Shown: positions 39,508 through 50,414 of the stretch, piece by piece
Numbering within the stretch: the first letter of the stretch is position 1
Layout: every line of letters starts with the position of its first letter
From: an uncultured archaeon
Lineage (GTDB): Bacteria; Armatimonadota; Fimbriimonadia; Fimbriimonadales; Fimbriimonadaceae
Direction of reading: 5' to 3'
Assembly: GCA_963829965.1 (NCBI GenBank)
Contig: CAWHLK010000035.1
Location: forward strand, 54,887-118,886
Length of the DNA stretch: 64,000 bases
Position numbers and translations under genes: made by a program
Notes under the pieces: generated by a model
Told to the model about the DNA's origin: nothing
What the model saw: only the letters and a program-made list of their open reading frames with translations
The model's database searches: none

Positions 39508-41028
39508 GTGAGATTCCGCCCCGTTCTAACTTCATTTCTGCTCGCCCTAACGTGTCGTTTTGGCTTCTGCCAGTATATAGGCCCAAACGAAACCGCAACC
39601 GTTACTACTTCGGCTCAGCAGCCCTTTACCCTCCCTACGTTTTGTGGAGAGCACCACCATCCTACTGTGGCCGCGTTTTATTACATTTGGTATATCTACC
39701 AGTGGCTCACCAATCTGGACATGATCCCCGAGTTGGGCGAATATCAAAGCAACGATCCCACCGTGATTTCCCAACACATGCAGTGGCTAAAACAGGCCGG
39801 CGTGGACGACATCATCATTTCCTGGTGGGGCACCAACAGTGCGAATGGCACGGGCATCGATGCAAACGTGGCGCCAGTGATGGCCGCCGCCGCCCAGAAC
39901 GGGATCCAGGTGATTTTCATGATCGACGAATACACCGGCCGCACCCCCCAAACGGTCGAGAGCGATGTGCAGTATCTCATCAACAGTTACAGTAAGTCTC
40001 CGGCCTGGTACACCTCAACCCGCGTCTCGCCCGCATTTGACAATGCTTCTGTCAAACCGGTCTTTTTGGTCTACTACGCCGGCACTGACGTCGGGCCAAA
40101 GCCATCCGATTGGACGGCGGTGAACGCCTATATCCACCAAAACTACAACGCGGTTATGCTCGTCCATTACGACTATGACCCCACGTGGACCACGGCTGGC
40201 GGGTTCGAACGGAATGTTCGGCTACGGCGTGGAGGACCCCAACGGCATGCGCGTTCTTGCCCAGAGCCTCTCGCGTCACGCCTGGTACATCCCGACGACT
40301 TACCCCGGCTTTAACGCCTTCTATAGCAAGGGGTGGACGAGCATAACCCCAAGAAACGATGGCGACACCTATAACCAAAACTGGTTCGCCGCCACCGATA
40401 TCGGCACAAATTTCCCTCTCGTCTCGGTGACCTCGTTCAACGAATGGTCGGAGACCACCCAAATCGAGCCCTGTGGCGAGGGAACCTCCCCCTCGGAAAT
40501 GTCTATGAAGATTACGGCACCCTCGGCTCGGACGGCTATCTAAACCTTACGGCGAACTGGGTTCCGCAGGTCCACAACTACGATTTCAACGACTATTCTC
40601 TCACGTCCAACGTTTGCTCTCAGCCGGGAACGCCACCCACCGATAACGGCCTATGGCAGGTGAGTTGGGGCAGCAGCGCGGCCAGCCAGGTAATAACCGT
40701 GGGCGGCCAGGAGGCCTCAACTCCGGCAACCGGCAGCTACCTGTTGAACTACCAAGTCGCCCAAGTCTACGGAGGAACAACCCCAACCAACTACACCATA
40801 AGGGTCGACTATTACGACGCCGGATCCGAATTTAGGCTCGCCTATAACATCACCGCCAACGCAACCGTTCACAACTACTCGCCCTATATCGTTCCGGGGA
40901 ATACGAACACTTGGAAAACGGCTATTTTCACCGTTCCCTCCGCCGTTTTTAACGGCAGGCTTTGGCGGCAACAGCGACTTCCGCTTCGAAACCCCCGCGG
41001 GAGGAAGTTTCGCCCTCGGGACGGTTGA
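39508..41028 (+). pseudogene. secreted GH99-like glycoside hydrolase with C-terminal beta-sandwich domain, interrupted by two frameshifts (frames 1-2-1)
   Basis: signal peptide; YYIWY, ISWWG, SFNEWSETTQIEP (the motif recalled for GH99 is SFNEWHEGTQIE); middle third only readable in ORF 40175..40543. Confidence 0.5.
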
Positions 41029-41065
41029 GGTGACGAAGGCGGGGTCTTAGTCAAGAGCGGAAAGG

Positions 41066-41093
41066 GTAAAGGGTAAAGGGTAAAGGGTAAAGA
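41066..41093. repeat. heptamer array (GGGTAAA)x4, inverted relative to 39283-39320
   Basis: read directly. Confidence 0.9.
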
Positions 41094-41230
41094 GGCCATC
41101 GCAAAACCCTCTTAGAAGCTCAAAATGGGTTCCTGTCGCAATCAGACAAGTCGGGCGTCTCAGACGTGTCAAAACATGAGGCGGGCGCCCCACGTCTCTA
41201 CCCTTTACCATTTACCCCACTCGTTACTCG

Positions 41231-41721
41231 TTACCCTTTCCCCATTCCCCTGGAACCCAACTCCTTCACCATCACCGCGATCGCCTTCCTGCCTGTGATC
41301 GGGTGAACCGCGTCATGGGTATGTGTATAGCCCAACGACTCATAGTAGGAAACGTTGCGAGGAATTGCGAGCCGCGTGCCAAGCCGAACGGCGTTAAAAC
41401 CCAACCTCGCCGCCTCCTCCTCAACCGTGCGCACTAGCGCGCGGCCCGCGCCGGAGCCACGGTGTTCCGGCAAAACCGCAAGCCTAAACAGGTAAAAATC
41501 AGGCTCGGCGGGATGGCAAAACACGCATCCTATGATGCTTTCCGAAATCTCCGCAACAAATCCCGTGGATTCCCCAGTTTTGCCTGGACCGATTCTCGCG
41601 TCTCCGTTAAAGCGCCTGAGGGAGGGTCGAATACGCCGTTGAACTCGGCGAAACTTGCTCGGAGCACCTGGGCAATTTGCTCGGCATCCTCAGAAGTGGC
41701 CGGGCGGATCGTAAAGCTCAT
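41231..41721 (-). pseudogene. GNAT-family N-acetyltransferase split by a frameshift
   Basis: N-terminal part MSFTIRPATSEDAEQIAQVLRASF (ORF 41530..41802) and acetyl-CoA binding part LAVLPEHRGSGAGRALV (ORF 41231..41524). Confidence 0.6.
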
Positions 41722-42116
41722 AGGCTTAATATGATAACGGATCGTAGCCTTATCTGACGACACCAATGTGCCCATCAGAATTCGTGTAATTAGGCATGGC
41801 ATGGAGTGTTGAACCGAATGAAGCGGCGAAGGCTGAACTGGACCGAAATTGGCGAATTCAAATTCAGGTCGCTGTTAGCGGAAGTCACTGATTGGATAGA
41901 GAATGGCGATTGGGAGGATCTTGCCCTGGCGCGCGGCATTATGGAGCGGGGCCATTCAGAGGAATTTAGCTACTGGGTGATCAAGGAGGCGCGCGTGAGA
42001 GCTAGCCATTCCAAAGACTTGTCCGCATGATCCCTAAGTCTAATTGCCTACCAATTGCAAAGCGCGTGTAAACTACCGCTGTGGAAGTACCGCCGCCCTT
42101 TATTCCGTCGCAGCCC

Positions 42117-42836
42117 ATGAGGCGCAAAAGCCCAGTCGTGCTCATTGTATGCATCATTTTGGGCATCTTGGTTCTATGTTGCGGAGGTATTGGTGGCTTG
42201 CTCTATTGGGGTTTTCGCAAGGTCATGCCCCTCGCAGGCTGCGTGGTGAATTTTCAGGATGTACAAATGGCTGTGTTCGACTATGCGGACGCCCATAACG
42301 GCACGCTGCCCGACGCCGCGAAATGGCAGGATGAGGTTTCGCCTTATTACGAGAAGGAGATTAAGAGGCAGGGCCTGAACAACCAACACATGATAAAGCC
42401 GCTTGATCCTAACGGTGCCTGGGGCTGCGAACAAGGCGACCAGCAAACCGGAATGGCGTTTAATGACGACTTGTCCGGTAAGAAGCTGTCGTCAATTAAG
42501 GATCCGACCTTTACCGCGCTCATCTTTGAAATCCCGAACGGCTCAAGAAACGCTCATCAAAAATATGAGTTCGCGGGCACGAATGGCCCCAAGGTTTTTG
42601 GCAACCCGCGTCCGTGGATGGTTTACTATGCGGCGCGGGGCATGAGCAATATGGGTTCCAAAAGTGAGTTCAGCGCTTCTACCGGGTCGAGCGACGACAA
42701 TTCGGACGATTCTTCAAGCAACAGCAAGGATGACTCTTCCGGAACCGACACCGGAACCGACAGTTCGAAGAAGAATTCGAGCACAGACGAAGGGTCCACT
42801 GCAGGCGCTGCCAAGCCAGATACAGGTTCGAATTAA
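42117..42836 (+). CDS. membrane-anchored hypothetical protein with Ser/Asp-rich tail
   Basis: TM anchor VVLIVCIILGILVLCCGGIGGLLYWGF; low-complexity C-terminus. Confidence 0.45.
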   Translation: MRRKSPVVLIVCIILGILVLCCGGIGGLLYWGFRKVMPLAGCVVNFQDVQMAVFDYADAHNGTLPDAAKWQDEVSPYYEKEIKRQGLNNQHMIKPLDPNGAWGCEQGDQQTGMAFNDDLSGKKLSSIKDPTFTALIFEIPNGSRNAHQKYEFAGTNGPKVFGNPRPWMVYYAARGMSNMGSKSEFSASTGSSDDNSDDSSSNSKDDSSGTDTGTDSSKKNSSTDEGSTAGAAKPDTGSN

Positions 42837-42952
42837 CGGCAGTTAGGAGAATTCAGCCGCACAAGCTCCTATAAACAGGACGGCGGCACCGCATTCTAAC
42901 CGGCTGACTTATTCCGCAAATTAACCGACGAATTTGGTTTGGGAGTGCTCCT

Positions 42953-45208
42953 ATGACCAAACCGCGCCTTCTGCTCATGCTTTTATCTCTGGCGTTAGCC
43001 ATTCCGGGGCTATGTCAATTGGCGGTTACGCCGTGGCCTAAGTTCCATGGCAACATTTTGGCCAATGGCCTGGGAACCGGAGGGGGCTCGAATGGTCTAC
43101 AAAGATGGAGTTTCGTTGCCGGCGCTTCCCTTGACGTATCTTCGCCTGCCATCGGGCCGGACGGAACTATCTACGTGGGGTGCAACGATTGGAATCTCTA
43201 CGCTATCGCTCCGAACGGGACCAAGAAATGGACCTTTCACACGGGAGGGCCGGTCTCTTCGCCCGCCGTCGGTTCGGATGGAACGGTTTACGTCGGATCC
43301 TTCGATGACAATCTGTATGCGATTTATCCCAACGGAAACCTCCGGTGGATCTATCAGACAGGGTCTTACATTAAATCCTCTCCGACAATAGGTCAGGACG
43401 GGACTGTTTATATTGGCTCGGACGATTATGCGCTGCACGCGGTCAGTCCTGACGGAAAAAGGAAGTGGATCTTTCCAACGGCGTCCTCTTTGGACACGCC
43501 AGTCGCCATCGCTCCCGACGGAACCATTTATATTGGCGGCATTTCAGGGAGCCAGGGCACCTTGTATGCGGTAGATGCTGCCGGACAACAGAAGTGGTCC
43601 TTTGCCACCGGTATGGGGATTTACGGCTCACCAGGGATTGGAGCTGACGGCACGATTTACGTGGGGTCCGAGGATGGCCATCTTTATGCGATCTCTTCGA
43701 ACGGAGCCAAAAAATGGTCCTTTGCCACAGGAGGCGCGATCAGTTCTTCTCCCGCGGTCGGTTCTGACGGGACGATATACGTTGGGTCCTACGATCACAA
43801 TCTTTACGCCCTTGCGCCGGATGGAGCGGAGAAATGGTCGTATGAGACCGGAGCTTACGTTTGGTCGTCGCCTGCCGTCGGTTCGGACGGCACCATTTAC
43901 TTTGGGTCGAATGACAGTAACGTTTATGCGCTCAACCCCAACGGCAGCTCTTTGTGGACTTTCCCAACCGGGAGCTGGGTTCAATGTTCGCCCGCAATCG
44001 GCACAGACGGGGCAGTGTACATTGGCTCGGGGGACAGTAACCTCTACGCCATCGGTACCGAGGTGAATACGGTTCCGCTGATTAGCTTTACCCTTAGTTC
44101 GTTAGGCGTTCAGGGCGGCTCAGACTCCACCGGGACGGTTACGCTTTCCACCGCTGCCCCTGCGGGCGGCGACGAAGTTCTTCTCTCAAGCAACGTTCCT
44201 TCGGTACATTTGCCAGGCTATGTGATGATTCCCAGTGGCGCCAAACAGGCAACCTTTACAATAAGCACGCAAGCGGTTTTAGAGAGCTCCCCAGCATTGA
44301 TATCGGCCAAGTCCGGAGGCATCACCAAAGCGGAAACGCTCACTGTGAATCCGCCCGATCCGGTGTTATCACTCCAGCTAAGCGAGTCCAGCGCGATCGC
44401 CGGCACGCCGGTAACTTGCACAGTAGATCTAACCGGCGTGGCTGAAACCGGCGGCGTTCAAGTCTCCTTGTCATCCAACAACTCGGCCGCAGAGGTCCCC
44501 GCAACGGCAACGGTGGCAGCAGGAACGGATTCGCAGACCTTTAGCGTTACCACCCACACGGTGACCAGCAGTGAGCCGGTCACGATCACCGCTAAAGGTG
44601 GCGGCGCCACCAAAACCGCAAGTCTAACCGTGTTACCTGCCGATCCAATTGAGAGCGTAACTCTCTCCAAGTCCGCTGTAACCGCAGGGACTGGCGTAGC
44701 CTGCACAGTCGAGCTCTCCCATGCCGCGCCATCTAGCGGAGTTCAGGTTTCTATGGCTTCCAACAATGGCTGCGTGGGGCTTCCCGCCGCGCTAACTTAC
44801 GCCTCAGGAAAAACCTCGCTCGAGTTTTCGGTCACTACCTACTCGGTAACCGAATCCCAAACCGTCACAATCTCCGCAACTGTGGCTGGTGTCAGCAAGT
44901 CAGCCACGCTAGTGGTAACCCCAGCGGCAGCTAGCCTCAGCATCGTTCCCGCCTCGGTAGTTGGCGGAAAAGACTCGGACGCGGTAGTGCGAATCGGAAC
45001 CAAAGCTACCGCGGCTACCACGGTGACCATCTCTTCCGATTCCGATCTCATATCCGTCCCGGATGAAACAACGATAGTCGCAGGTGCCAGTGCAGTTTCA
45101 TTCCCAATTACCACGAAAGCCGTTTCCACTAAGACGGTCATTGTCCTAAAGATCACGGTCGGCAGCGTATCCCAATCCGCGACACTGACTTTGGTTCCGG
45201 GCACGTAA
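42953..45208 (+). CDS. secreted PQQ-like beta-propeller repeat protein with C-terminal Ig-like tandem repeats
   Basis: about 8 repeats of DGT(I/V)Y(V/I)GSxDxxLYA(I/L)xxxGxxKW; then at least 6 units of about 80 aa (VTLSxAAPAGG...V.LSSN...). Confidence 0.75.
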   Translation: MTKPRLLLMLLSLALAIPGLCQLAVTPWPKFHGNILANGLGTGGGSNGLQRWSFVAGASLDVSSPAIGPDGTIYVGCNDWNLYAIAPNGTKKWTFHTGGPVSSPAVGSDGTVYVGSFDDNLYAIYPNGNLRWIYQTGSYIKSSPTIGQDGTVYIGSDDYALHAVSPDGKRKWIFPTASSLDTPVAIAPDGTIYIGGISGSQGTLYAVDAAGQQKWSFATGMGIYGSPGIGADGTIYVGSEDGHLYAISSNGAKKWSFATGGAISSSPAVGSDGTIYVGSYDHNLYALAPDGAEKWSYETGAYVWSSPAVGSDGTIYFGSNDSNVYALNPNGSSLWTFPTGSWVQCSPAIGTDGAVYIGSGDSNLYAIGTEVNTVPLISFTLSSLGVQGGSDSTGTVTLSTAAPAGGDEVLLSSNVPSVHLPGYVMIPSGAKQATFTISTQAVLESSPALISAKSGGITKAETLTVNPPDPVLSLQLSESSAIAGTPVTCTVDLTGVAETGGVQVSLSSNNSAAEVPATATVAAGTDSQTFSVTTHTVTSSEPVTITAKGGGATKTASLTVLPADPIESVTLSKSAVTAGTGVACTVELSHAAPSSGVQVSMASNNGCVGLPAALTYASGKTSLEFSVTTYSVTESQTVTISATVAGVSKSATLVVTPAAASLSIVPASVVGGKDSDAVVRIGTKATAATTVTISSDSDLISVPDETTIVAGASAVSFPITTKAVSTKTVIVLKITVGSVSQSATLTLVPGT

Positions 45209-45249
45209 ACAAATCAGATAGAACGCTGAAACTCAAATGGAATGAGAAT

Positions 45250-45447
45250 TTGATGAAGTTGATCTTAATTGCTCTCGTCGGCGTCGTTGTCACCGGCTGT
45301 TCGACGAGCGACAGCAATGTCACCGTAGGCGAGCCGGGGCAAAAAGGAATTGTGGCAACCGATATCGATCAATCCAAAGGCGTAGCCCAGGATGCGACGG
45401 ACAGAGTTCAACAGGGGAATAAAGACCTCGGTGACGGCCAGCCCTAG
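45250..45447 (+). CDS. small lipoprotein
   Basis: LIALVGVVVTGCS lipobox. Confidence 0.35.
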   Translation: MMKLILIALVGVVVTGCSTSDSNVTVGEPGQKGIVATDIDQSKGVAQDATDRVQQGNKDLGDGQP

Positions 45448-45650
45448 CCCAGCCGCCCTCGAAGCGAAGTAACGGAGCCAGCCTTAGCAGTCCGCAGATT
45501 CACATTTCGCGAGTGAAACAATCATGCTAACCATCTAGCTCGGAAGCGTCGGAACAGGAGCATTGAGGAGGAGGGGTGCAAGCCAACAGTCACTTGTAAC
45601 GTTCGTGTAACGGCGGGCATGTTCAATAGGCTTACTAAAACGAGCAAGAC

Positions 45651-46742
45651 ATGAATAAACATCCACTTCTGATCCCGCGCAAAGCTGCCCTTCTTGCCAT
45701 CATTGCCCTCTTCATGATGCCATCTCTTGTCGGGGCGCAGTCTTACCCGCCCGTCTGGAACAACACCTCGACCTACGTTGCCGGCGATATGGTCACCGAT
45801 TACGGCAACGTCTACCGATGCATCAAGGCGGTCTCCAGCCCTTTCCTCGACCCTTCGGAGACCTACTCGAATTGGGAGCTAACCTACGTCCGAAGCGGCA
45901 CCACGCTTGTAATCGGGCCATCCCAAGTTTTTCCAACTTTTGCATTGGCTTGGACCTACGCTCAGAACGCAACCATCGCCCAGGGCGCATATCTCCACTT
46001 TTCAATTGTCACCACCAAGGGTGATCTCACGGAGCAGTGTGGGGCCGGTCTCAACCTGGATCATCCCTTTGGGGCCAGCATTTCGATCACCGGCGACGAC
46101 CCCAAAAATATCAATCTGCAGGCAACCAATGGTGTGACGCTGGATTCGGGCCACACCATAGCTCTCATATCCGGAGTGACCTTTGAGGCTACCGGGGGGT
46201 CGCAGGCAGTGGGGATCACCGTCACTGGAAATGCCGCCATAGAGTCCCTAACGGATGTGGACATTGAGGCCCCTATTTGTATACTCGCGGATCTTGGGGG
46301 CCGGCTCAACTGCGCTTCAACCGTCTCCTTACATGGATTCAATAAGGCGGTGACTGCGAACAGGGGAGGAAGTGTGATTATGGGCCAGGGCACAGCCCTG
46401 GATGGCCTTGCCGGCTCTAAGAACTCGGTATTGGTCTACGCCGCAAATGGCGCCTATATTGAAATCAACCACTGCACGCTTATGAATGCAGGCTACGGAA
46501 TTCAGGCCGAGGAAGGGGGCTTAGTGTCCGCCGAATACGCTTCGTTTCAAACCAACAACATCTCGGTCTATGCCGAGATGAACGGCCATGTAGTTGCTAG
46601 AGACTGCCAATTCGGAACGGGACTCGGCGCGGACACTCTTTACGACATCGAGTCTCTCAATGGCTCAACCGTTGACCACACCGGATCCAATGATACGAAA
46701 TCAAGAGTAGGAGTAGGGGATGGTTCTTACATCTTGGGATGA
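45651..46742 (+). CDS. secreted CBM5/12-like plus beta-helix protein, paralog of 28631..29710
   Basis: WNNTSTYVAGDMVTDYGNVYRCIKAV...NWELTYVRSG and AWTYAQNATIAQGAYLHFSIVTTKGD shared with 28631..29710. Confidence 0.45.
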   Translation: MNKHPLLIPRKAALLAIIALFMMPSLVGAQSYPPVWNNTSTYVAGDMVTDYGNVYRCIKAVSSPFLDPSETYSNWELTYVRSGTTLVIGPSQVFPTFALAWTYAQNATIAQGAYLHFSIVTTKGDLTEQCGAGLNLDHPFGASISITGDDPKNINLQATNGVTLDSGHTIALISGVTFEATGGSQAVGITVTGNAAIESLTDVDIEAPICILADLGGRLNCASTVSLHGFNKAVTANRGGSVIMGQGTALDGLAGSKNSVLVYAANGAYIEINHCTLMNAGYGIQAEEGGLVSAEYASFQTNNISVYAEMNGHVVARDCQFGTGLGADTLYDIESLNGSTVDHTGSNDTKSRVGVGDGSYILG

Positions 46743-46786
46743 GGTGTCCGTGATTTCGCAGAAGGGTATGTCTGGCCCGAGCTAGC

Positions 46787-47770
46787 CTATTCGCCGCCTG
46801 CCGCAAGCTCTGCTTGCAGCTCTATCGCCCTCAGTTCTTTCAAGCTGCCCCGCGTCAGTAGGAAGATAATCCCGACGCTAAGCGATTCCGAAACCAGCAT
46901 AACAACCCTCGACCAAACCGCGAGCACAACCGCCATGCCCTGCGAGGTAACCGGTGCCAGCATGAAGTAAAGAGCGGCTTCCCGCACGCCAAGTCCGCCC
47001 GGGGTTATCAAGGAAAGAAAACCAATCAGCCAGGAAGCGGGGAAGGAGGCGAGATAGGGCGGCCACGCCGCCAGCGGCACCGTAATGAAGGCCTGGGCGA
47101 GCACCACAAAGCCAACCCCCGAGAGAATCCAATACACAACGTAAAATCCGAGCAGTTGGAGGCTCTGGGATCGCGTAATTATCGGCACCTGGTCCCAGTC
47201 GATCTCGGTCTTCGCCATCTTGCTGGCAATCCTGTGGACCGGCCCGCACCGCAAAAAGGAGATCATGAGCGAAGGCTGCGCCACAAAAGCCATGAGCCCA
47301 ATCAAAACAACCCCAAGAAAAATAGAGATGGCAAGACCGTGGCCCTGGCTTAACAGCGTCGCAAACGCGGAAGCCGAGAATAGGACCGACACGATCATTG
47401 CCGAAAGCACGATGTAGCTAAGCTCGATAACGAGAGCGAACCCAACCACTCCCGGCGATACACCGTACTCCTTGGCCAAAAACAGCCGGCTAACCCACTG
47501 CAAAGGCCCAGGTATCCAACGCGTCATCAGGCTCATGAACCACATATGCAGGCTCTGCGCCAACGTGATTTTCTGCTTGAGCCCGCGCAGTACTAGATGC
47601 CAACCCATCGCCTGATATAGGGGCTGGCACAAATACAGCAGCAGCGCAGCAACAAGCAGGGAAGGGTGCGCAGGGCTGGTGCTGCCAACCTTATGCCGAG
47701 CAGCCACAAAAGCCCAAATCAAACAGGCAATCGCCAACCCGGCAAGCACGAGCTTGATTTTTGCCTTCAT
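46787..47770 (-). CDS. flippase-like / lysylphosphatidylglycerol-synthase TM-domain (UPF0104) membrane protein
   Basis: 8 or more TM helices, LITPGGLGVREAALYFML motif. Confidence 0.6.
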   Translation of the reverse strand: MKAKIKLVLAGLAIACLIWAFVAARHKVGSTSPAHPSLLVAALLLYLCQPLYQAMGWHLVLRGLKQKITLAQSLHMWFMSLMTRWIPGPLQWVSRLFLAKEYGVSPGVVGFALVIELSYIVLSAMIVSVLFSASAFATLLSQGHGLAISIFLGVVLIGLMAFVAQPSLMISFLRCGPVHRIASKMAKTEIDWDQVPIITRSQSLQLLGFYVVYWILSGVGFVVLAQAFITVPLAAWPPYLASFPASWLIGFLSLITPGGLGVREAALYFMLAPVTSQGMAVVLAVWSRVVMLVSESLSVGIIFLLTRGSLKELRAIELQAELAAGGE

Positions 47771-47907
47771 GATCTGCCTATTAAGCTACCCGCGCCCGCC
47801 AACCAACTGCTTGCCTACGAAACTAACCTAAGCCCGAACTAGCCTCAGCCTCAAACTAGCCTCAGCCCGAATCCAGGCTGCGCAGCAGACCCTAAAACAG
47901 CCTCGCT

Positions 47908-50000
47908 CTACTCCGTGAGCGTCAAACTCGCGCTCGCATAAGACCCGTTATACGTCGCCGTGATCGTCACCGGCGTGCTTGCACTGACGGCCGTGGTAGC
48001 AGCGCTGTAAATGTAGTTGCTCTGTCCCGCAGAAACCGTAACCGATGGTGGAAGCAGCAGGTGCGAGCTCGATGAGCTAAGCCCCACAACCGCGCCCGAG
48101 GGACCGGCCGGCCCCGTTAGCTTCACCGTGACCTGCACAAAGGACCCTCCCGTCACCGAGCTCGCGCTTACGGTAACCATGTTCACTAAGGCGGGCGTAA
48201 CCGTGATTCCGGCCGTTCTCGTGGTGCTCCCTAAGGTTGCGGTCAGTGTCGCGGAAGTCGAGGAGTTGACGCCCGCAGTCGTGACCGCAAATCCAACACT
48301 GGTATTGCCGGACAGCACCGTCACCGAAGCAGGAACGCTTGCCGCCGAACTGTTGCTCGACACCGAAATTCACAACAGTTCCGGAAGGCCCGGCGGGGCC
48401 GGTAAGGACCACCGTTCCAGCCGACAAACCGCCCGCCGCAACCGTGCCGCGCGAAAGCGTCAAACTCGAAAGAGTCGAGGGCGTCAAACTTGTAGTGGCG
48501 CTCACCGAGGCGCTCCCAACCGTCGCGGTGATCTTTACGGCTGTGGTCGTGTTAACGCCACTCGTTTTTTGTTGATACCAATAGCTGGAATAACCGGAAG
48601 GAACCTTGATCGAAGCAGGCGTCACTACAGCGGCATTGTTGGACGACAAAGCCACGGTAACCCCCGAAGAACCGGCTGGACTCGCCAGAAACACGCCAAC
48701 TTCCTCCGAAGTCCCGCCCTGCACCGTCGGCTCAACAATGAGTTCAGAAGGACCAGCCGGTAAAACCGTGACGCTCCCGGTCTGAGAACCCGACCCAATC
48801 GTGGCCGTAACCGTTGTCGGAGTGTTGGAGTTCACCGCCGTGGTTTTCAAGATAAACGAATAAGAAGAGTAACCCGCAGGCACCTTGATCGAAGCAGGAA
48901 CCGTAACCGCCGAAGTGCTCGCTTGCAAAAACACGATCTGTCCCCCGGTAGCGGCGACCCCGTTAAGCTCGATCGTCGCCTCCGCGTTGTCTCCTCCCGC
49001 AATCGGGTTCGGCGCAATCGCCACGCGTGAGACGGACGGCGGCAAAACCGTTATCGTCACTGGTTGGGAACTGGATCCAAGGGTCGCCGTCACTATCTCC
49101 TGAGTCGAAGAACTCACGGTAGAAGTGGGCACGGGAACGGACGCCGAAGTGTCCCCCGCAGGCACCGTGATGCTTCGGCAACGTGAGCGGCCCCGTTCCC
49201 GAAAGAGTGACCACGTCACCGGACGAACCTGCCGGAGAAGCCAGGGAAACCGTCAAGTCGGTCGCATTCCCGCCAACGACGTTGGAAGGATAAGCCGAAG
49301 CAGACAAAATCGCGGCAGGAGTTGCTGTGAAGCTGGCTACCTTTGAGGAAGAACCCAAAGTCGCCGTCACGCTCTGGTTGGTCGAAGTGCTCACCGCAGA
49401 AGTTGTGATCGGGAAGCTAACCGAGTTGACGCCCGCTGCCACGTTCACCGTGGAAGGAAGCGTCCACGGCCCGGTTCCAGTGATCGCGACCGTAGCTCCT
49501 GAGGCGCCGGCCGCTCCCGTCATCGTGACCGTGCAAGTATCGGTATTCCCTCCAACCAAACTGGTTGGAGAAAACGTAACGCCGTACACGTTAAGCGGCA
49601 AAATCGTGAAGGTTGCGGTTGCAGTTGCGCCGTTATAAGTCGCGGTAATGGTAGACGTGGTCTGCGTGTTGACCACCGGAGTGGTGATCTGCATGGCAAC
49701 GCTGGTCTGGCCCTCAGGCAGAACGATGTTCGATTGGTAACCGACATTGCCGGTAGCGGACACCGCGATCTGTTTCTCGATTGGCCCTGCGGGTGTGCTG
49801 ACAACAAACGTAGCGGTGACCGGGCTTCCGTTCACAACGCTGGAAGCAGAAAGATTGATCCCTGTGATGGCGGGCGTGCCAAGAGCAAGCGTAATGTTTT
49901 GGCCCACGCTGAGTCCGGTGCAACCAGAAAGACCGGTTGGTACGATCATCTGAACGTTGGGGTTCTTTCCCCATACTTGCACGGTCCCGTTCGAAAGTAG
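47908..50000 (-). pseudogene. large secreted Ig-like repeat protein (same repeat type as C-terminus of 42953..45208), split over three frames; N-terminus truncated at a compositional junction
   Basis: ORFs 47908..48363, 48077..49219 and 48963..50321 in three frames; repeated motif LSxxTVxGGxxxxxTVxLTGPAGPSG...; an RCC1-like SNGTVQVWGKN at the extreme N-terminal part. Confidence 0.55.
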
Positions 50001-50414
50001 GGCTTCGCTGAAGTCCTCCCCCCGCCAACCTGAATCGCTGCCGGGAGATTGCCAGGGATGGTCGCCGGCCGCTTGGCGGAGGTCGTGGAGGTGGAGCCGC
50101 TGTGTCCGACCTCGAGGCGGCTGAGCCATTGCCCCGCCCGCCAGGCCCGAATGTTCGTATGGGTAGCGGCGAGAACAACGCAGAGCGCCGGAACCGTCGG
50201 GTGTCGCGCAGCCGGGATCTTGATCTGGTCGGTGATCACTCTGCTGCGCGCTCTGTTCCGCGACTGTTCCCACAGCCACTTTCGCGACGGCGCCGTGACC
50301 AAAGGCGAGCCAATCGACCATTGCTCTCCACCGGCTAGGCCATCGGATTACGCGAAACCAAACAAAGTGATATCATTTAATATCAGTTTATCGGGCTACT
50401 CTCTAGGAGGGATC

